A stretch of 60,911 nucleotides of DNA, counting the filler. It is 7 parts of 7 records of this genome, joined end to end, with 100 filler letters (N's around TTAATTAATTAA, not from the genome) between each part and the next. Parts side by side here need not be neighbours in the genome. Positions count along the whole stretch, not along the records: positions 43,934 to 54,379 come from SRR31147125_22632; positions 54,480 to 60,911 come from SRR31147125_22665; 5 more parts are not named here. The stretch is one strand, 5' to 3'. The notes under the pieces are model-generated. The model did no database searches and was not told where the DNA came from. It worked only from the letters and a program-made list of their open reading frames with translations. Below are positions 50,801-60,911 of the stretch, one piece after another (the stretch's first letter is position 1; each line of letters starts with the position of its first letter). Made by a program: the position numbers and the translations under genes.

Positions 50801-52497
50801 GACATAGAAACTGTCGGCAATGTCGATTATTGGGTGAACCATATTCGATCAACTGTAAATTTTGAAGACGGTGTAAATACCATACTTAAAGACAAAAACA
50901 CAATGTTTATTGAGGTTGGTCCCGGAACCTCGTTGACCACACTACTAACACAATTTGAAAAAGACAATCAAAAGATTGTTTCAATACCCACAATTCGTCA
51001 CCCAAGAAAAAAAATTGACGATGTTCATATTTTCTTTGATGCATTATCTGATTTATGGAATTATGGTGCTGACAGGCTTTTTGATAACTGGTACGAAGGA
51101 GAAAAGAGAAAGAGAATTCCACTGCCAACCTATCCGTTTCAAAGGAAAAGATATTGGATTGATCCGCTTGTACCGTTCAGCTATCATGTAAAAACAAAAA
51201 ATAGTTACTCCAATTTGCTTCAAAGTACTGATGTAAGTCTTTCTGAAGAAACAAGTCAAACAAACGAGATTTTATCTACACTGCACCAAAGGCCGGAATT
51301 AACATCCTCGTATGTTCCTCCATCAAATGAAATCGAAGAAAAGTTAGTTCAAATATGGCAGGACTTGTTAGGGATTGATTCAATTGGCATTGATGATGAC
51401 TTTTTTGAATTGGGAGGCCACTCTCTGCTCGCAAGCAGCCTGTTAACACAAATTAAAAATGAAATAGGGGCAACAATAAAGTTTAAGGATTTGAGATCCG
51501 ATTCTATCTCTGTAAAACAGATTGCTAAACTCATCGCTAATGATCCTGAAGATCCGGTCCGGATTGAGCACAACTCCAAATTTAAGATAGTTGTTAAAAA
51601 GACCAATGAAATAACCGAAAATGAATGGTCTGTTTATGTAGAAGAATTTAATAGTAATTTCAATCGGGAATATTCGAAGGATGATTTTGTAAGAAAATAT
51701 ACAGAAACACCTTTGGGCTTTTCGTTTCATGCTTTTGTATATGTCGGTAATAATCTTGTAGGAAGCCAAAGCTATATTGTAGAGTTATTAGATTATAAAA
51801 CAGAAGTAATTAGAATGGCATGTGGTTGCGATCTCTTTATATTGGAAGAATATAGGAAAAGTTTTACCCTTTTGAATGATTTATGGGAAGCGACTGATTC
51901 CATTTTATTAGAGCATGATGTTAAAGCATATATTAGTAATCCATTGCCGGATTTGTTAGCGTATAGTGAAGCGGCTCAAACCGATTTTCAGTTAATATCG
52001 CATTTATCCACCTATGTGCTTCCATTAACGTTCAGAGTAATACATCCAAAATTGGGATTTCTTGATTTGTTGTACAGGCCAATACTTAAAATTGTGCTTA
52101 CTGTCAAAAGTTGGAATAAAACTCCCATACATAAAGAGGAGAAACTGTTTAAGGCACATGAGTATTATTCCCCTTACAACTATAAAACTTCTGGGAACAG
52201 GTTAATGAACTTAAATTTTCCTGGTTGTGGAGTAAAATGACACATTTGAAGATTATTATTATAAATGATAATTTTAAAAGCAAGGGAGACCTTTATAAGG
52301 CTTCAAAATATTTAATCAGAAAACATGGCATGAAGGCAAAGGCTCTTACATTTATTACTACAAACAGACTAACAATACCATTCAAGCACTTTCACACACA
52401 TGAACTTTTTATGGGTAAGATCTTGTCGGATGATATTAAGAGCAAAGAGTTTTTTGAAATAAAAAATTGGGAGTTTAGCAGAGGATTTTTCGATTAG
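44895..52497 (+). CDS. Hybrid NRPS/PKS megasynthase (docking-C-FkbH-ACP-KS-AT-ACP-GNAT-like), split by apparent frameshifts near 46133 and 52185
   Basis: C: HHIISDA, GYFVNT, RDLSRPILF|QVLYNF; FkbH: LDCDNTLWKG, FIDDNP, RTNQFN, LLSCR; ACPs GGKSI and GGHSL; KS: TACSTS, HGTGT, GHLDAAAG; AT: GQGSQ, GHSIG, HAFHS. Confidence 0.88.
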
Positions 52498-52502
52498 AAA
52501 CT

Positions 52503-53272
52503 ATGAAAGTTATAATAAATGCTGATGATTTAGGTTATTCGTCAGATGTAAATAGGGCAATAGCTCAAGCTTTAAAGCAAGGCTTAGTTTCGTCAACATC
52601 TATGTTGGCAAATATGCCGGGATTTGATGAAGCTGTAACTTTGGCTAAAAGTCAAGTCTTCCTTAATCGGATTGGTATTCATTTAAATTTGTTTGAAGGA
52701 AAACCTCTAACTAAAGAGATGCAGGAATGTAGTCTGTTTTGCAATGAATACGGGAATTACAAGGGAAGAAAGGATAAAAACGGAATCTTTCAGGGAAAGA
52801 AGAAAGAATTTTTGATCCTTTACTCATTGATTCCAACATTATTTTCAACGAATTGTCAGCTCAAATTGAGAAAGTTTTGAATGCGGGTATCGTACCCACC
52901 CATTTGGATTCTCATGGACAACTTCATACTAATTATTTTATTGGTCGTATATTTATCAAATTAGCAAAAAAGTATAATATACCATCCATTCGAATAAATA
53001 GTAATTTGCGCAAGAAACGAAATGTATTTTCAGAAATGGAAATAATCTTATATAATTTAAGACTAAAGCGACATGGAATAAAGTGTGTTAATTATATCGG
53101 AACAATATCGGAGATTGCGTCGAACCTGCATAGATTAAAGGGAACTGTAGAAGTTATTGCGCATCCGATATATAAAAATACAACTATAATTGATTCTGAA
53201 TTTCAAGATGAACTATCTTATCTGTTGAAACAATTTGAAGAAAAAATAAAAATAAGTTATGCTGAATTGTAA
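52503..53272 (+). CDS. ChbG/YdjC family carbohydrate deacetylase (frameshift near 52800)
   Basis: IINADDLG, GIHLNL, then ELSAQIEK...PTHLDSH, EVIAHP in the shifted frame. Confidence 0.88.
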
Positions 53273-53331
53273 TTTGATGTTTCAAAGCGTAGAGTTTTAT
53301 TGGATGTCCCAAACATTAAAATAAATTATTA

Positions 53332-54275
53332 ATGAAAAAAACAATTCGTTATCTATTATATTATCTTCCTATTACAGTGAAGAAAGGATAACAATATGTT
53401 ATAATAAAATAAGTCAACTCTTAGAGTCCGAACAAATTCCTTTTGAGTTTATTGTAATTGATGATGGCTCAAAAGATGACTCCTATAAAATTGCACAGGA
53501 ACTTGAACAATTGCACGAAAATGTAAAAGCATTTCAACTGAGTAAAAATTATACGCAGCATTATGGAGCATTTGCCGGATTATCGGTTTGCAATGGAGCT
53601 TGCGCTACACTAATTGATGATGATGAACAACAACCATATGGTACAATTGTGGAAATGTACCGTTTGTGGGAACAGGGAAATAAAGTTGTAATTCCATATC
53701 GAGATTCCCGGGCAGATCCGTGGAGAAGTAAAATTTTAGCTAATTTATTTTATGCCATAATGAATAGATTCTCCGATATTTCATTTCCTAACGGCGGAGT
53801 TGATAGTTTTTTTATCGATAGAGAATTAATTGATATTATAAATGAACGCATTCACCCAATAAACACTGCAACAATGATTGAGGTTTTAAGGTTAGGCTTT
53901 GAACCTTATTATTTGGGGTATTCAAGAGTGCTTGGTTTAAATGGTAAATCGTCACGTTGGACATTTAAGAAAAAACTCAAATTAGCTAAAGATATCTTTA
54001 TTTCATCGTCGTCTTTTCCTATTAAGTTTATTACTTATTTGGGAGTTTTTTTTTCATTGTTCTCGATAGTTATAATGATATTGTACATATATGTAAAATT
54101 ATATGGCAACGAGATGTTTTGGGGAGTGGCAGTTCCAGGCTGGACTTCGATAATATTATTTGTTACTTTCTTTGGTGGCCTTATCATGTTTTCATTAGGT
54201 GTAATTGCAGAATATATCTGGAGAATTTATGAAGAGGTAAAAAACAGGCCGGGATATATCATTAAGAAAAAATAA
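53332..54275 (+). CDS. GT2 glycosyltransferase (GtrB/ArnC-like); frameshift in A-run after the start
   Basis: LSIILSSYYSEE, IVIDDGSKD, IDDDEQQP, two C-terminal TM helices, PGWTS, LGVIAEYIWRIYEEVKNRP. Confidence 0.88.
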
Positions 54276-54362
54276 ACTGATAAGTTTGAGATGATACTTT
54301 TGTATTTGTGTTAATTCGAAAATTCTGCAAAATGTCATATCCCTTATTAAAACGTCATGCTG

Positions 54363-54378
54363 TCCGGCAGCTGCCGGA
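54363..54378. repeat. Perfect 16-bp palindrome at contig end (REP-like)
   Basis: TCCGGCAGCTGCCGGA. Confidence 0.55.
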
Positions 54379-54379
54379 T

Positions 54380-54479
54380 NNNNNNNNNNNNNNNNNNNNN
54401 NNNNNNNNNNNNNNNNNNNNNNNTTAATTAATTAANNNNNNNNNNNNNNNNNNNNNNNNNNNNNNNNNNNNNNNNNNNN
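54380..54479. other. Artificial contig spacer
   Basis: N/TTAATTAATTAA/N. Confidence 0.99.
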
Positions 54480-54567
54480 TTTAATAGTGTTCGAGCGAAG
54501 TCGAGAACCATATGCATTGAACGACTCAACGAATTGAATATTTAACTTAATTATTTAGGAGGAGAAA

Positions 54568-55494
54568 ATGGTTAGGCATCTGTTGACTCTGAAGGATTTG
54601 AGCAGTGATGAAATTGCTCACATTGTTGATTCTGCGATTGATCTAAAAAAGAGATATAAGAAAGGCGATCAACCAGAAATCTTGAAGAACAAAACATTAA
54701 TTATGCTTTTCCAAAAAACTTCAACAAGAACTCGTACTTCGTTTGAAGCAGGCATGACGCAACTCGGTGGTCATGCCATTTTTTTGGATTGGACTACAAC
54801 ACAGTTCAAAATGGCGGATATCAGAGATGAAGCAAAATGTATTGATAGATATGGCGATATTACAATGGCCAGACTTATGAGACATGCTGACTTGGCAAAG
54901 ATTGCTGAAGTTGCAAAGAAGCCTGTTATCAACGCCCTTTGTGAAAAATACCATCCATGCCAGATTCTAGCTGATTTACAAACAATGAAAGAGCATCTTG
55001 GAGATCTTAAGGGTAAGAAGGTTGTCTATCTAGGAATCGGAAATAACGTGAGTAACTCTTTAACAGTCGGCTGTACAAAATTAGGTATGCACTTTACTCT
55101 TTGTGCGCCAGAGAGACACCCAACTAGTGTTGACGAACAGCTCTTGGAAGATGCAAAAGCTACAGAACTCTACACTGAAGAATCCGATCCGAAAAAAGCC
55201 GTTGAAGGCGCAGATATTCTCTATACAGATAGTTGGGTTGATATGGAACTCTTCTTAGATCCAAAGTTTGAAGAAGAAAAGAAGCGCAGAATGAAAAAAT
55301 TCATGCCTTATCAGTTGGGCAAAGAGTTGCTGGAGATCAACAAAACAGCACTTGTTATGCACGATCTCCCAGCACACAGAGGGTATGAAATTGATGATTA
55401 TGCAATGGAGTCTGATAGAGCAATTATGTTTGATCAGGCTGAAAACAGAATGCATGCACAAAAATCCGTAATGGTTTGGCTATTGGAGAAATAG
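54568..55494 (+). CDS. argF: Ornithine carbamoyltransferase
   Basis: KTSTRTR, HPCQILAD, YTDSWVDM, HDLPAHRG, QAENRMH. Confidence 0.9.
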   Translation: MVRHLLTLKDLSSDEIAHIVDSAIDLKKRYKKGDQPEILKNKTLIMLFQKTSTRTRTSFEAGMTQLGGHAIFLDWTTTQFKMADIRDEAKCIDRYGDITMARLMRHADLAKIAEVAKKPVINALCEKYHPCQILADLQTMKEHLGDLKGKKVVYLGIGNNVSNSLTVGCTKLGMHFTLCAPERHPTSVDEQLLEDAKATELYTEESDPKKAVEGADILYTDSWVDMELFLDPKFEEEKKRRMKKFMPYQLGKELLEINKTALVMHDLPAHRGYEIDDYAMESDRAIMFDQAENRMHAQKSVMVWLLEK

Positions 55495-55497
55495 ATT

Positions 55498-56808
55498 ATG
55501 TCTAATTTAGTTGTAGTTGGAATTCAATGGGGTGATGAGGGTAAAGGAAAGATTGTTGATCTTCTGACTCCAGGCTCAGATGCCGTAGTTAGATTTCAAG
55601 GTGGCGCTAATGCTGGTCATACATTGGTCATAGGTGATAAGAAATATGTCTTACATTTGATTCCGTCAGGTATTCTTCATAAAAATGTCTCTTGTGTGGT
55701 TGGCAACGGTGTTGTCTTTGATCCTGATGCTTGTCTTGAAGAGATTGAAATGTTGAAGACTAATGGACTACTAACTGACGATTCTCAACTCATGATTAGT
55801 GAAAATGCTCATGTGGTCTTTTCTTATCATAGAGAAATTGATCGTTTAAGAGAAGAAAAGAGAGCGAAAGGATCAAAGATAGGAACAACTGGTCGTGGAA
55901 TAGGTCCTGCCTACGAAGACAAGGTCTGTCGGTTGGGGATTAGATGTGGTGAGTTGATCAATCCAGAGGTTCTTTCAAAGCGACTAGATCAGATCATTGA
56001 TGAGAAGAACGAATATATTACAAAGCTTCTTAATGGAGAGGCCATAAATAAAGATGAAACAATTGCTCACTATATCGCTCTTGGTGAAAAGTTAAAACCT
56101 TATGTGAGAAATACTCAAAAGTTTCTTGTTGAAACAACAAAAGCTGGAAAAAATATTCTCTTTGAAGGTGCACAAGGAACAGCCTTAGATATTGATCATG
56201 GTACTTACCCATTTGTAACGTCTTCAAATACAACTGCAGCTGGAGCATCAACAGGAAGTGGACTTGGTCCAAGATTCATTACTAATGTGTTGGGGGTAAC
56301 AAAAGCATATTGCACTCGTGTTGGTAATGGACCATTTATGACTGAACTTTTTGATGATACAGCGAAATTTCTACAAGAGAAGGGCGGAGAATTTGGAGCA
56401 ACTACTGGACGTTCTAGAAGATGTGGTTGGATCGATTTGGTTTATCTAAAACATTCCGTTGCTCTAAATAGTGTCAATCTTCTTACAATTACAAAACTTG
56501 ATGTCTTATCTGGCCTAGATAAAATCAAGCTGTGCACAGGGTACGAGCTTAGGGGTGAGAAGATTGATTATGTTCCATCGACTATTGCAGATCTCGAAGA
56601 GGTGAAACCGATATATACTGAAATGCCTGGTTGGAAGACCGAACTTAAGGGTGAAACTGACATAACAAAGTTGCCTGGTGAGGTTAAAGACTATATCGAT
56701 TTTATTGAAGGTTTTCTTGAAGTCCCTGTTGCAATTGTTTCGACAGGTCCAGCAAGAGAATCGACTATCGTTAATAGAAATCTTTTTTCACAAACCGATG
56801 CCATTTAA
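55498..56808 (+). CDS. purA: Adenylosuccinate synthetase
   Basis: QWGDEGKGK, GGANAGHT, EGAQG, YPFVTSS, GATTGRSRRCGW. Confidence 0.98.
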   Translation: MSNLVVVGIQWGDEGKGKIVDLLTPGSDAVVRFQGGANAGHTLVIGDKKYVLHLIPSGILHKNVSCVVGNGVVFDPDACLEEIEMLKTNGLLTDDSQLMISENAHVVFSYHREIDRLREEKRAKGSKIGTTGRGIGPAYEDKVCRLGIRCGELINPEVLSKRLDQIIDEKNEYITKLLNGEAINKDETIAHYIALGEKLKPYVRNTQKFLVETTKAGKNILFEGAQGTALDIDHGTYPFVTSSNTTAAGASTGSGLGPRFITNVLGVTKAYCTRVGNGPFMTELFDDTAKFLQEKGGEFGATTGRSRRCGWIDLVYLKHSVALNSVNLLTITKLDVLSGLDKIKLCTGYELRGEKIDYVPSTIADLEEVKPIYTEMPGWKTELKGETDITKLPGEVKDYIDFIEGFLEVPVAIVSTGPARESTIVNRNLFSQTDAI

Positions 56809-56841
56809 GCGCGTCCGATGGCTGGAATAAAGGAGGGAAGA

Positions 56842-57609
56842 ATGAAGATCGGAGTTCTACTCAAACAGGTTCCAGATACAGAGACTAGGATTAAACTAAC
56901 ATCGGATTCTATGAACATTGATGAAGCCTCTATAAAGTGGGTCGTCAATCCCTACGACGAATTTGCAGTCGAAGAAGCATTAAAATTAAAAGAGAAGACT
57001 GGTGGAGAGGTAGTAATTGTTTCAGCTGGCCCAGCAAGAGCGGTTGAAGCTATTCGAACTGCTTTAGCTATGGGTGCAGATAGGGCTGTCAGGATTGACA
57101 CAGAGGGCGTTTGTCTAGATAGTGGTACAACTGCCAAGGTTCTTTCCGATGTCATTAAAGAAGAGGGCTTTGAAGCTGTTTTTGCAGGGAAGCAAGCTAT
57201 AGACGGTGATGCATCTCAGGTTGTTCAAATGGTTGCGGAGCATCTTAATTGGCCAGGCTTATCTGTTATTGAAAAATTTGATTTTAGTGATGGTAAAGCG
57301 GTTGTCCAGAGTCCACTTGGTGGTGGTACAAAAGAAGTTCTTGAGGTTTCACTTCCGGCTATCTTCGGATGTGAAAAGGATTTAAATAAACCTCGTTATG
57401 CGTCATTACCTGGCATAATGAAGGCAAAATCAAAACCAATTGCTGAAAAGGCTGCTACAGATCTCCTTGGTGGGGAAAATTGCAAGGTCGAAGTCCTAGG
57501 TTACGCAATGCCTCCTGAGAGAGAAGCTGGTAAGAAGGTTGAAGGAGAACCTGAAGAAGTGGCTGAAGAGTTAGTAAATTACTTAAGAAATGAAGCTAAA
57601 GTTATTTAA
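56842..57609 (+). CDS. etfB: Electron transfer flavoprotein beta subunit
   Basis: KQVPD, NPYDEFAVEEAL, GKQAIDGD, PRYASL; AGGAGG RBS before ATG 56842. Confidence 0.95.
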   Translation: MKIGVLLKQVPDTETRIKLTSDSMNIDEASIKWVVNPYDEFAVEEALKLKEKTGGEVVIVSAGPARAVEAIRTALAMGADRAVRIDTEGVCLDSGTTAKVLSDVIKEEGFEAVFAGKQAIDGDASQVVQMVAEHLNWPGLSVIEKFDFSDGKAVVQSPLGGGTKEVLEVSLPAIFGCEKDLNKPRYASLPGIMKAKSKPIAEKAATDLLGGENCKVEVLGYAMPPEREAGKKVEGEPEEVAEELVNYLRNEAKVI

Positions 57610-57645
57610 ACTATGCTTAGTTATGGCTATTAGCTAAAGGAGAAT

Positions 57646-58623
57646 ATGATGAGTAATTTTTTAATAATATGTGAACAGCAAGATGGTGAAATTAAAAAAT
57701 ATAGTAAAGAATTGGCGTATAAAGTTGCTGAGATTGCACAGAAACGAGGCGCAACACTAAATGCGATCATATTTGGTGAGGAAGCGAAGGGTGATTCAGC
57801 TTCCTTAGGTGCTTATGGCGTTGATAAGGTCTTTGTGATCTCCGGAGAGGTGTTTTCTAAATATAACCTTGATCAATATCTAAATGCTGCCTCTAAAGTC
57901 GTTGAAGAAATAAATCCTGAGTCTATATTTGCTACTGCTTCGCAAATGGGTAAAGAGATAACTCCTAGATTGGCTGCTAAGTTTTCAGGCGGTATGGCCA
58001 GTGACTGCATTGATGTTATAGATTCGGGCGATCAATTGACATTTCGTCGTCCAGTATTCGCTGGAAAGGCTTGGACAGATGTTAAGATAAATAGTAAAAA
58101 AATATTTGCTTCTCTCAGACCAAATGTCTTTCCAATAGGTGATGCTTTTTCTAAAACTGCTGAAGTAAGCGTAATGGATGTTCCGGCAGTTGAGTCTAAA
58201 GTTATTTTAAAAGAGATCGTCAAATCTGAATCAAAACAGGTCGACCTTGTTGAAGCCAATGTTATAGTCTGTGGTGGTAGAGCCATTGGAAGTGCTGATA
58301 ATTTTTCAATGCTTAGGGACCTGGCAGATTCTCTCAATGCCTCGGTTGGCGCATCAAGGGCTTCTGTTGATGCTGGTTACATATCCCACGACTTTCAGGT
58401 TGGACAGACTGGTAAAACAGTTAATCCAACTCTATATATAGCTTGTGGAATTTCGGGAGCTATTCAACATTTGGCCGGTATGAGAACTTCTAAAGTCATT
58501 GTTGCAATCAATAAAGACCCAGAAGCTCCTATTTTTACAAAAGCCGATTTTGGAATTGTTGGTGATATTTTTAAAGTTGTTCCTGCGGTTACGGAAAAAA
58601 TCAAAAAGATGATGAGTGAGTAA
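57646..58623 (+). CDS. etfA: Electron transfer flavoprotein alpha subunit
   Basis: GGRAIG, GASRASVDAG, QVGQTGK, GISGAIQHLAGM. Confidence 0.96.
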   Translation: MMSNFLIICEQQDGEIKKYSKELAYKVAEIAQKRGATLNAIIFGEEAKGDSASLGAYGVDKVFVISGEVFSKYNLDQYLNAASKVVEEINPESIFATASQMGKEITPRLAAKFSGGMASDCIDVIDSGDQLTFRRPVFAGKAWTDVKINSKKIFASLRPNVFPIGDAFSKTAEVSVMDVPAVESKVILKEIVKSESKQVDLVEANVIVCGGRAIGSADNFSMLRDLADSLNASVGASRASVDAGYISHDFQVGQTGKTVNPTLYIACGISGAIQHLAGMRTSKVIVAINKDPEAPIFTKADFGIVGDIFKVVPAVTEKIKKMMSE

Positions 58624-58630
58624 TGTAAGA

Positions 58631-58678
58631 GTCATCCCGGACTACGTATGTCCACCTCTGACGGAAGCCGGGATCCAG
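58631..58678. repeat. REP-like intergenic palindromic element
   Basis: GTCATCCCGG...CCGGGATCCAG arms between etfA and the dehydrogenase. Confidence 0.5.
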
Positions 58679-58706
58679 AATTGTATATCAATCCGGAGGA
58701 AAATAA

Positions 58707-60491
58707 ATGTCTGATAATTCTATTAGTGATTTATCAAAGTATTCGAGTAGAAGTGGTTCTTTTTTAACTGAAAAGGTTGGTACAACGAAGAGTTTTATTC
58801 CCGAAGACTTGTCTATAGAACAACGTGGAATGGTTAAGACTGTCCATGACTTCATGCAAGACAAGGTTCTTCCTGGCGAAGATAAAATTGAAGCTTTGGA
58901 TCTGGAGTTTATAACAAATCTAATGAGGGAGGCTGGTCAGCTGGGTCTTCTAATGGCTGAAATTCCAGAGACCTACGGTGGTTTGGGCTTAGGAAAGATT
59001 GAAGCTTCTTCTATGACCTATATCTCTGCTCTACAAGGTTCTTTTAACGTCACCTACCTATGTCACACAGGCATTGCAACAGCTCCTTTTATTTTCTATG
59101 GATCAGAAGACCAGAAGAAACAATATTTACCACTGCTCGCAACGGGTGAAAAGTTGGCTGCGTTTGCTTTGACAGAACCTGATGCTGGATCCGATGCGAT
59201 GTCTTTAAAGACCAAAGCGGTTCTCTCAAAGGATAAGAAGAGTTATATCTTAAATGGTCAGAAACAGTTCACAACAAATGGTGCTTTAGCGGATATTTTT
59301 ACTATCTTTGCGATGGTCGAAGATGGTGGAATGACAGCTTTCATAGTAGAAAAAGGTTTTGAAGGCTTTTCGATAGGGAATGAAGAGAAGAAGATGGGCA
59401 TTCATGGCTCATCGACGACCTCCCTAGTATTGGAAGATGTAGAGATCCCAATTGAGAATGTTTTAGGGGAGCCCGGAAAAGGACATCATCTAGCCTTTAA
59501 TGTCTTAAATGTTGGTAGATTAAAATTGGGTTCAGCTTGTGCTGGAGGTTCAAATCACTTAATAGAAATTGCATATAAATATACGAAAGAGCGTGAACAG
59601 TTTGGCCATCCACTGCTTGATTTCCAAATTCTCAAGGTCAAATTAGCCAGTTTAGTAGCAAAAACATTCCTGCTTGAATCTCTCACATTTAGAAGCTCAG
59701 CCTTGTTCGATTCAGCGTTAAAATCATCTGATAATTATGAGGCTTCATTAAGAGAATATGCTTTGGAAGCTTCTGTTTGTAAGGTTTTTGGTTCCGAGAC
59801 TCTCTTTGATGTTGCGGATGAAGCTATGCAAATGCTTGGGGGTTATGGTTACTGCAAAGAGTATCTGGTTGAGAGATTTTTGAGAGACGCTAGGATTAAT
59901 AGAATATTTGAAGGAACAAATGAAATAAATCGTTTGGTAATTGCAGGAGATTTGTTAAAGAAAATTGCAAAAGGAAAAATTGATGTTCTTAAAATCCTTT
60001 CTAATGCTGAAAACGATTTACAGACACTAGTTTCGAATATTGATCCTTCAGACTCTAACTCTAAGATAGAATCAATATTGGAAATTTATAAGTTGTTGCT
60101 TCTGTCGATTAGTGCTTTATCACTTCAAAAAATGGGGCCAAAGATCAAGGATGAGCAATACCTCTTATTTGGTTTTGCCGATATGATTTCGGAAATATAT
60201 GCTCTGGATTCTGCCTACCAGCGTGCTCTTCAGGTCGATGATGAAAAGAGAAGTAAGGCAATGGTTCAAACAATAGAGTTTTATCTTCAAGAAAACTTGA
60301 TAGCTAACATGAGAATAGGTAAAAATATCTTAATCCACGTGTTTCCAGACGATTCTAAATATTTGAATCTCTATTCAAAAGTTCTCTTTGCTGTTCAGAA
60401 TTCGTTGAATTCATCTATTCCGGATTTAGCAGAAGATATTGTGAGGGCTATAGAAAATAATCAGGGCTATCCATTTAACGAAGTTGTGTAG
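58707..60491 (+). CDS. Acyl-CoA dehydrogenase (long ACAD9/FadE-like form)
   Basis: FALTEPDAGSD, LNGQKQF, EKKMGIHGSST, LNVGR, REQFG, GGYGY, RIFEGTNEINR. Confidence 0.93.
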   Translation: MSDNSISDLSKYSSRSGSFLTEKVGTTKSFIPEDLSIEQRGMVKTVHDFMQDKVLPGEDKIEALDLEFITNLMREAGQLGLLMAEIPETYGGLGLGKIEASSMTYISALQGSFNVTYLCHTGIATAPFIFYGSEDQKKQYLPLLATGEKLAAFALTEPDAGSDAMSLKTKAVLSKDKKSYILNGQKQFTTNGALADIFTIFAMVEDGGMTAFIVEKGFEGFSIGNEEKKMGIHGSSTTSLVLEDVEIPIENVLGEPGKGHHLAFNVLNVGRLKLGSACAGGSNHLIEIAYKYTKEREQFGHPLLDFQILKVKLASLVAKTFLLESLTFRSSALFDSALKSSDNYEASLREYALEASVCKVFGSETLFDVADEAMQMLGGYGYCKEYLVERFLRDARINRIFEGTNEINRLVIAGDLLKKIAKGKIDVLKILSNAENDLQTLVSNIDPSDSNSKIESILEIYKLLLLSISALSLQKMGPKIKDEQYLLFGFADMISEIYALDSAYQRALQVDDEKRSKAMVQTIEFYLQENLIANMRIGKNILIHVFPDDSKYLNLYSKVLFAVQNSLNSSIPDLAEDIVRAIENNQGYPFNEVV

Positions 60492-60499
60492 GTGAATCT

Positions 60500-60911
60500 G
60501 TGTCAGGTAAATATATAGCAATTGCTGGAAATGTCGGGTCAGGTAAATCGAGCTTAACAGAATTTCTTTGTAAGCATTTTGGTCTAAAACCTTTCTATGA
60601 ACCAAATGATATCAATCCGTATCTCGATGATTTTTATAAAAATATGAATAAGTGGGCTTTCCATTCACAGATTCATTTTCTAACTCATAAATTTAGAATT
60701 CATCAAGAGTTGGAAAAATGTGGCGAAACTGTAATTCAGGACAGAACGATCTATGAAGATGCGGAGATCTTTGCAACAAATTTGTATAGATCTGGCAATA
60801 TGGATAAGCGTGATTATGACACCTACATGGAGCTCTATAATATTATTTTAGGTGTCTTAAGGCCCCCAGATCTTATGATTTCCTTAGATTGTTCGTTTAA
60901 ATCTATAAAAA
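60500..60911 (+). CDS. Deoxynucleoside kinase (truncated at window end; not in ORF track)
   Basis: GTG start after AGGTG; YIAIAGNVGSGKS, NPYLDDFY, QDRTIYED. Confidence 0.9.
   Translation, partial: MSGKYIAIAGNVGSGKSSLTEFLCKHFGLKPFYEPNDINPYLDDFYKNMNKWAFHSQIHFLTHKFRIHQELEKCGETVIQDRTIYEDAEIFATNLYRSGNMDKRDYDTYMELYNIILGVLRPPDLMISLDCSFKSIK

Noticed and set aside
55498-60911. purA-etfBA-acyl-CoA dehydrogenase-kinase cluster as a special pathway
   Set aside because: Ordinary housekeeping genes with canonical motifs
1-60911. rRNA, tRNA, CRISPR arrays, integrase or transposase genes
   Set aside because: None recognised by eye; tRNAscan-SE and Infernal were not run

Overview
This window is not one locus. 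It is seven unrelated contig pieces joined by 100-bp N/TTAATTAATTAA/N spacers, so gene neighbourhoods apply only within a piece. (1) 1-7527: a minus-strand integron cassette array with five clear attC sites and no integrase in view. It carries a KAP NTPase cassette with non-canonical GAT cores, a two-gene TIR + caspase-like cassette (type IV Thoeris-like) and several orphan cassettes. (2) 7628-17285: AT-rich, Acholeplasmatales/Izemoplasmatales-like DNA with pgm, pepP, a four-gene operon led by a secreted aerolysin/ETX-MTX2-like protein plus an ABC transporter, the L20 leader-infC(ATT start)-rpmI-rplT operon (L20 has a C-terminal Rho_N-like extension) and partial adhE. (3) 17386-26426: FCB-group-like DNA with HU plus an HU-TM-LysM fusion, rlmN, tsaC and a large secreted C39-like multidomain protein. 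(4) 26527-32497: Firmicutes-like LacI/RpiB-family, GNAT, PAS-GGDEF and BceRS-BceA-like genes. (5) 32598-43833: Bacteroidota sulfatases, an inserted ABC-ATPase + DUF4276/TOPRIM-like pair, TPR-LuxR, FAD oxidoreductase, NrtR and ECF sigma/FecR. (6) 43934-54379: an unusual C-FkbH-ACP-KS-AT-ACP-GNAT megasynthase next to a YdjC deacetylase and a GT2 glycosyltransferase. (7) 54480-60911: argF, purA, etfBA, acyl-CoA dehydrogenase and a partial deoxynucleoside kinase. Many genes are split by single-base indels at homopolymers, most likely sequencing errors. All family and taxonomic assignments come from motif recognition by eye, not database searches.
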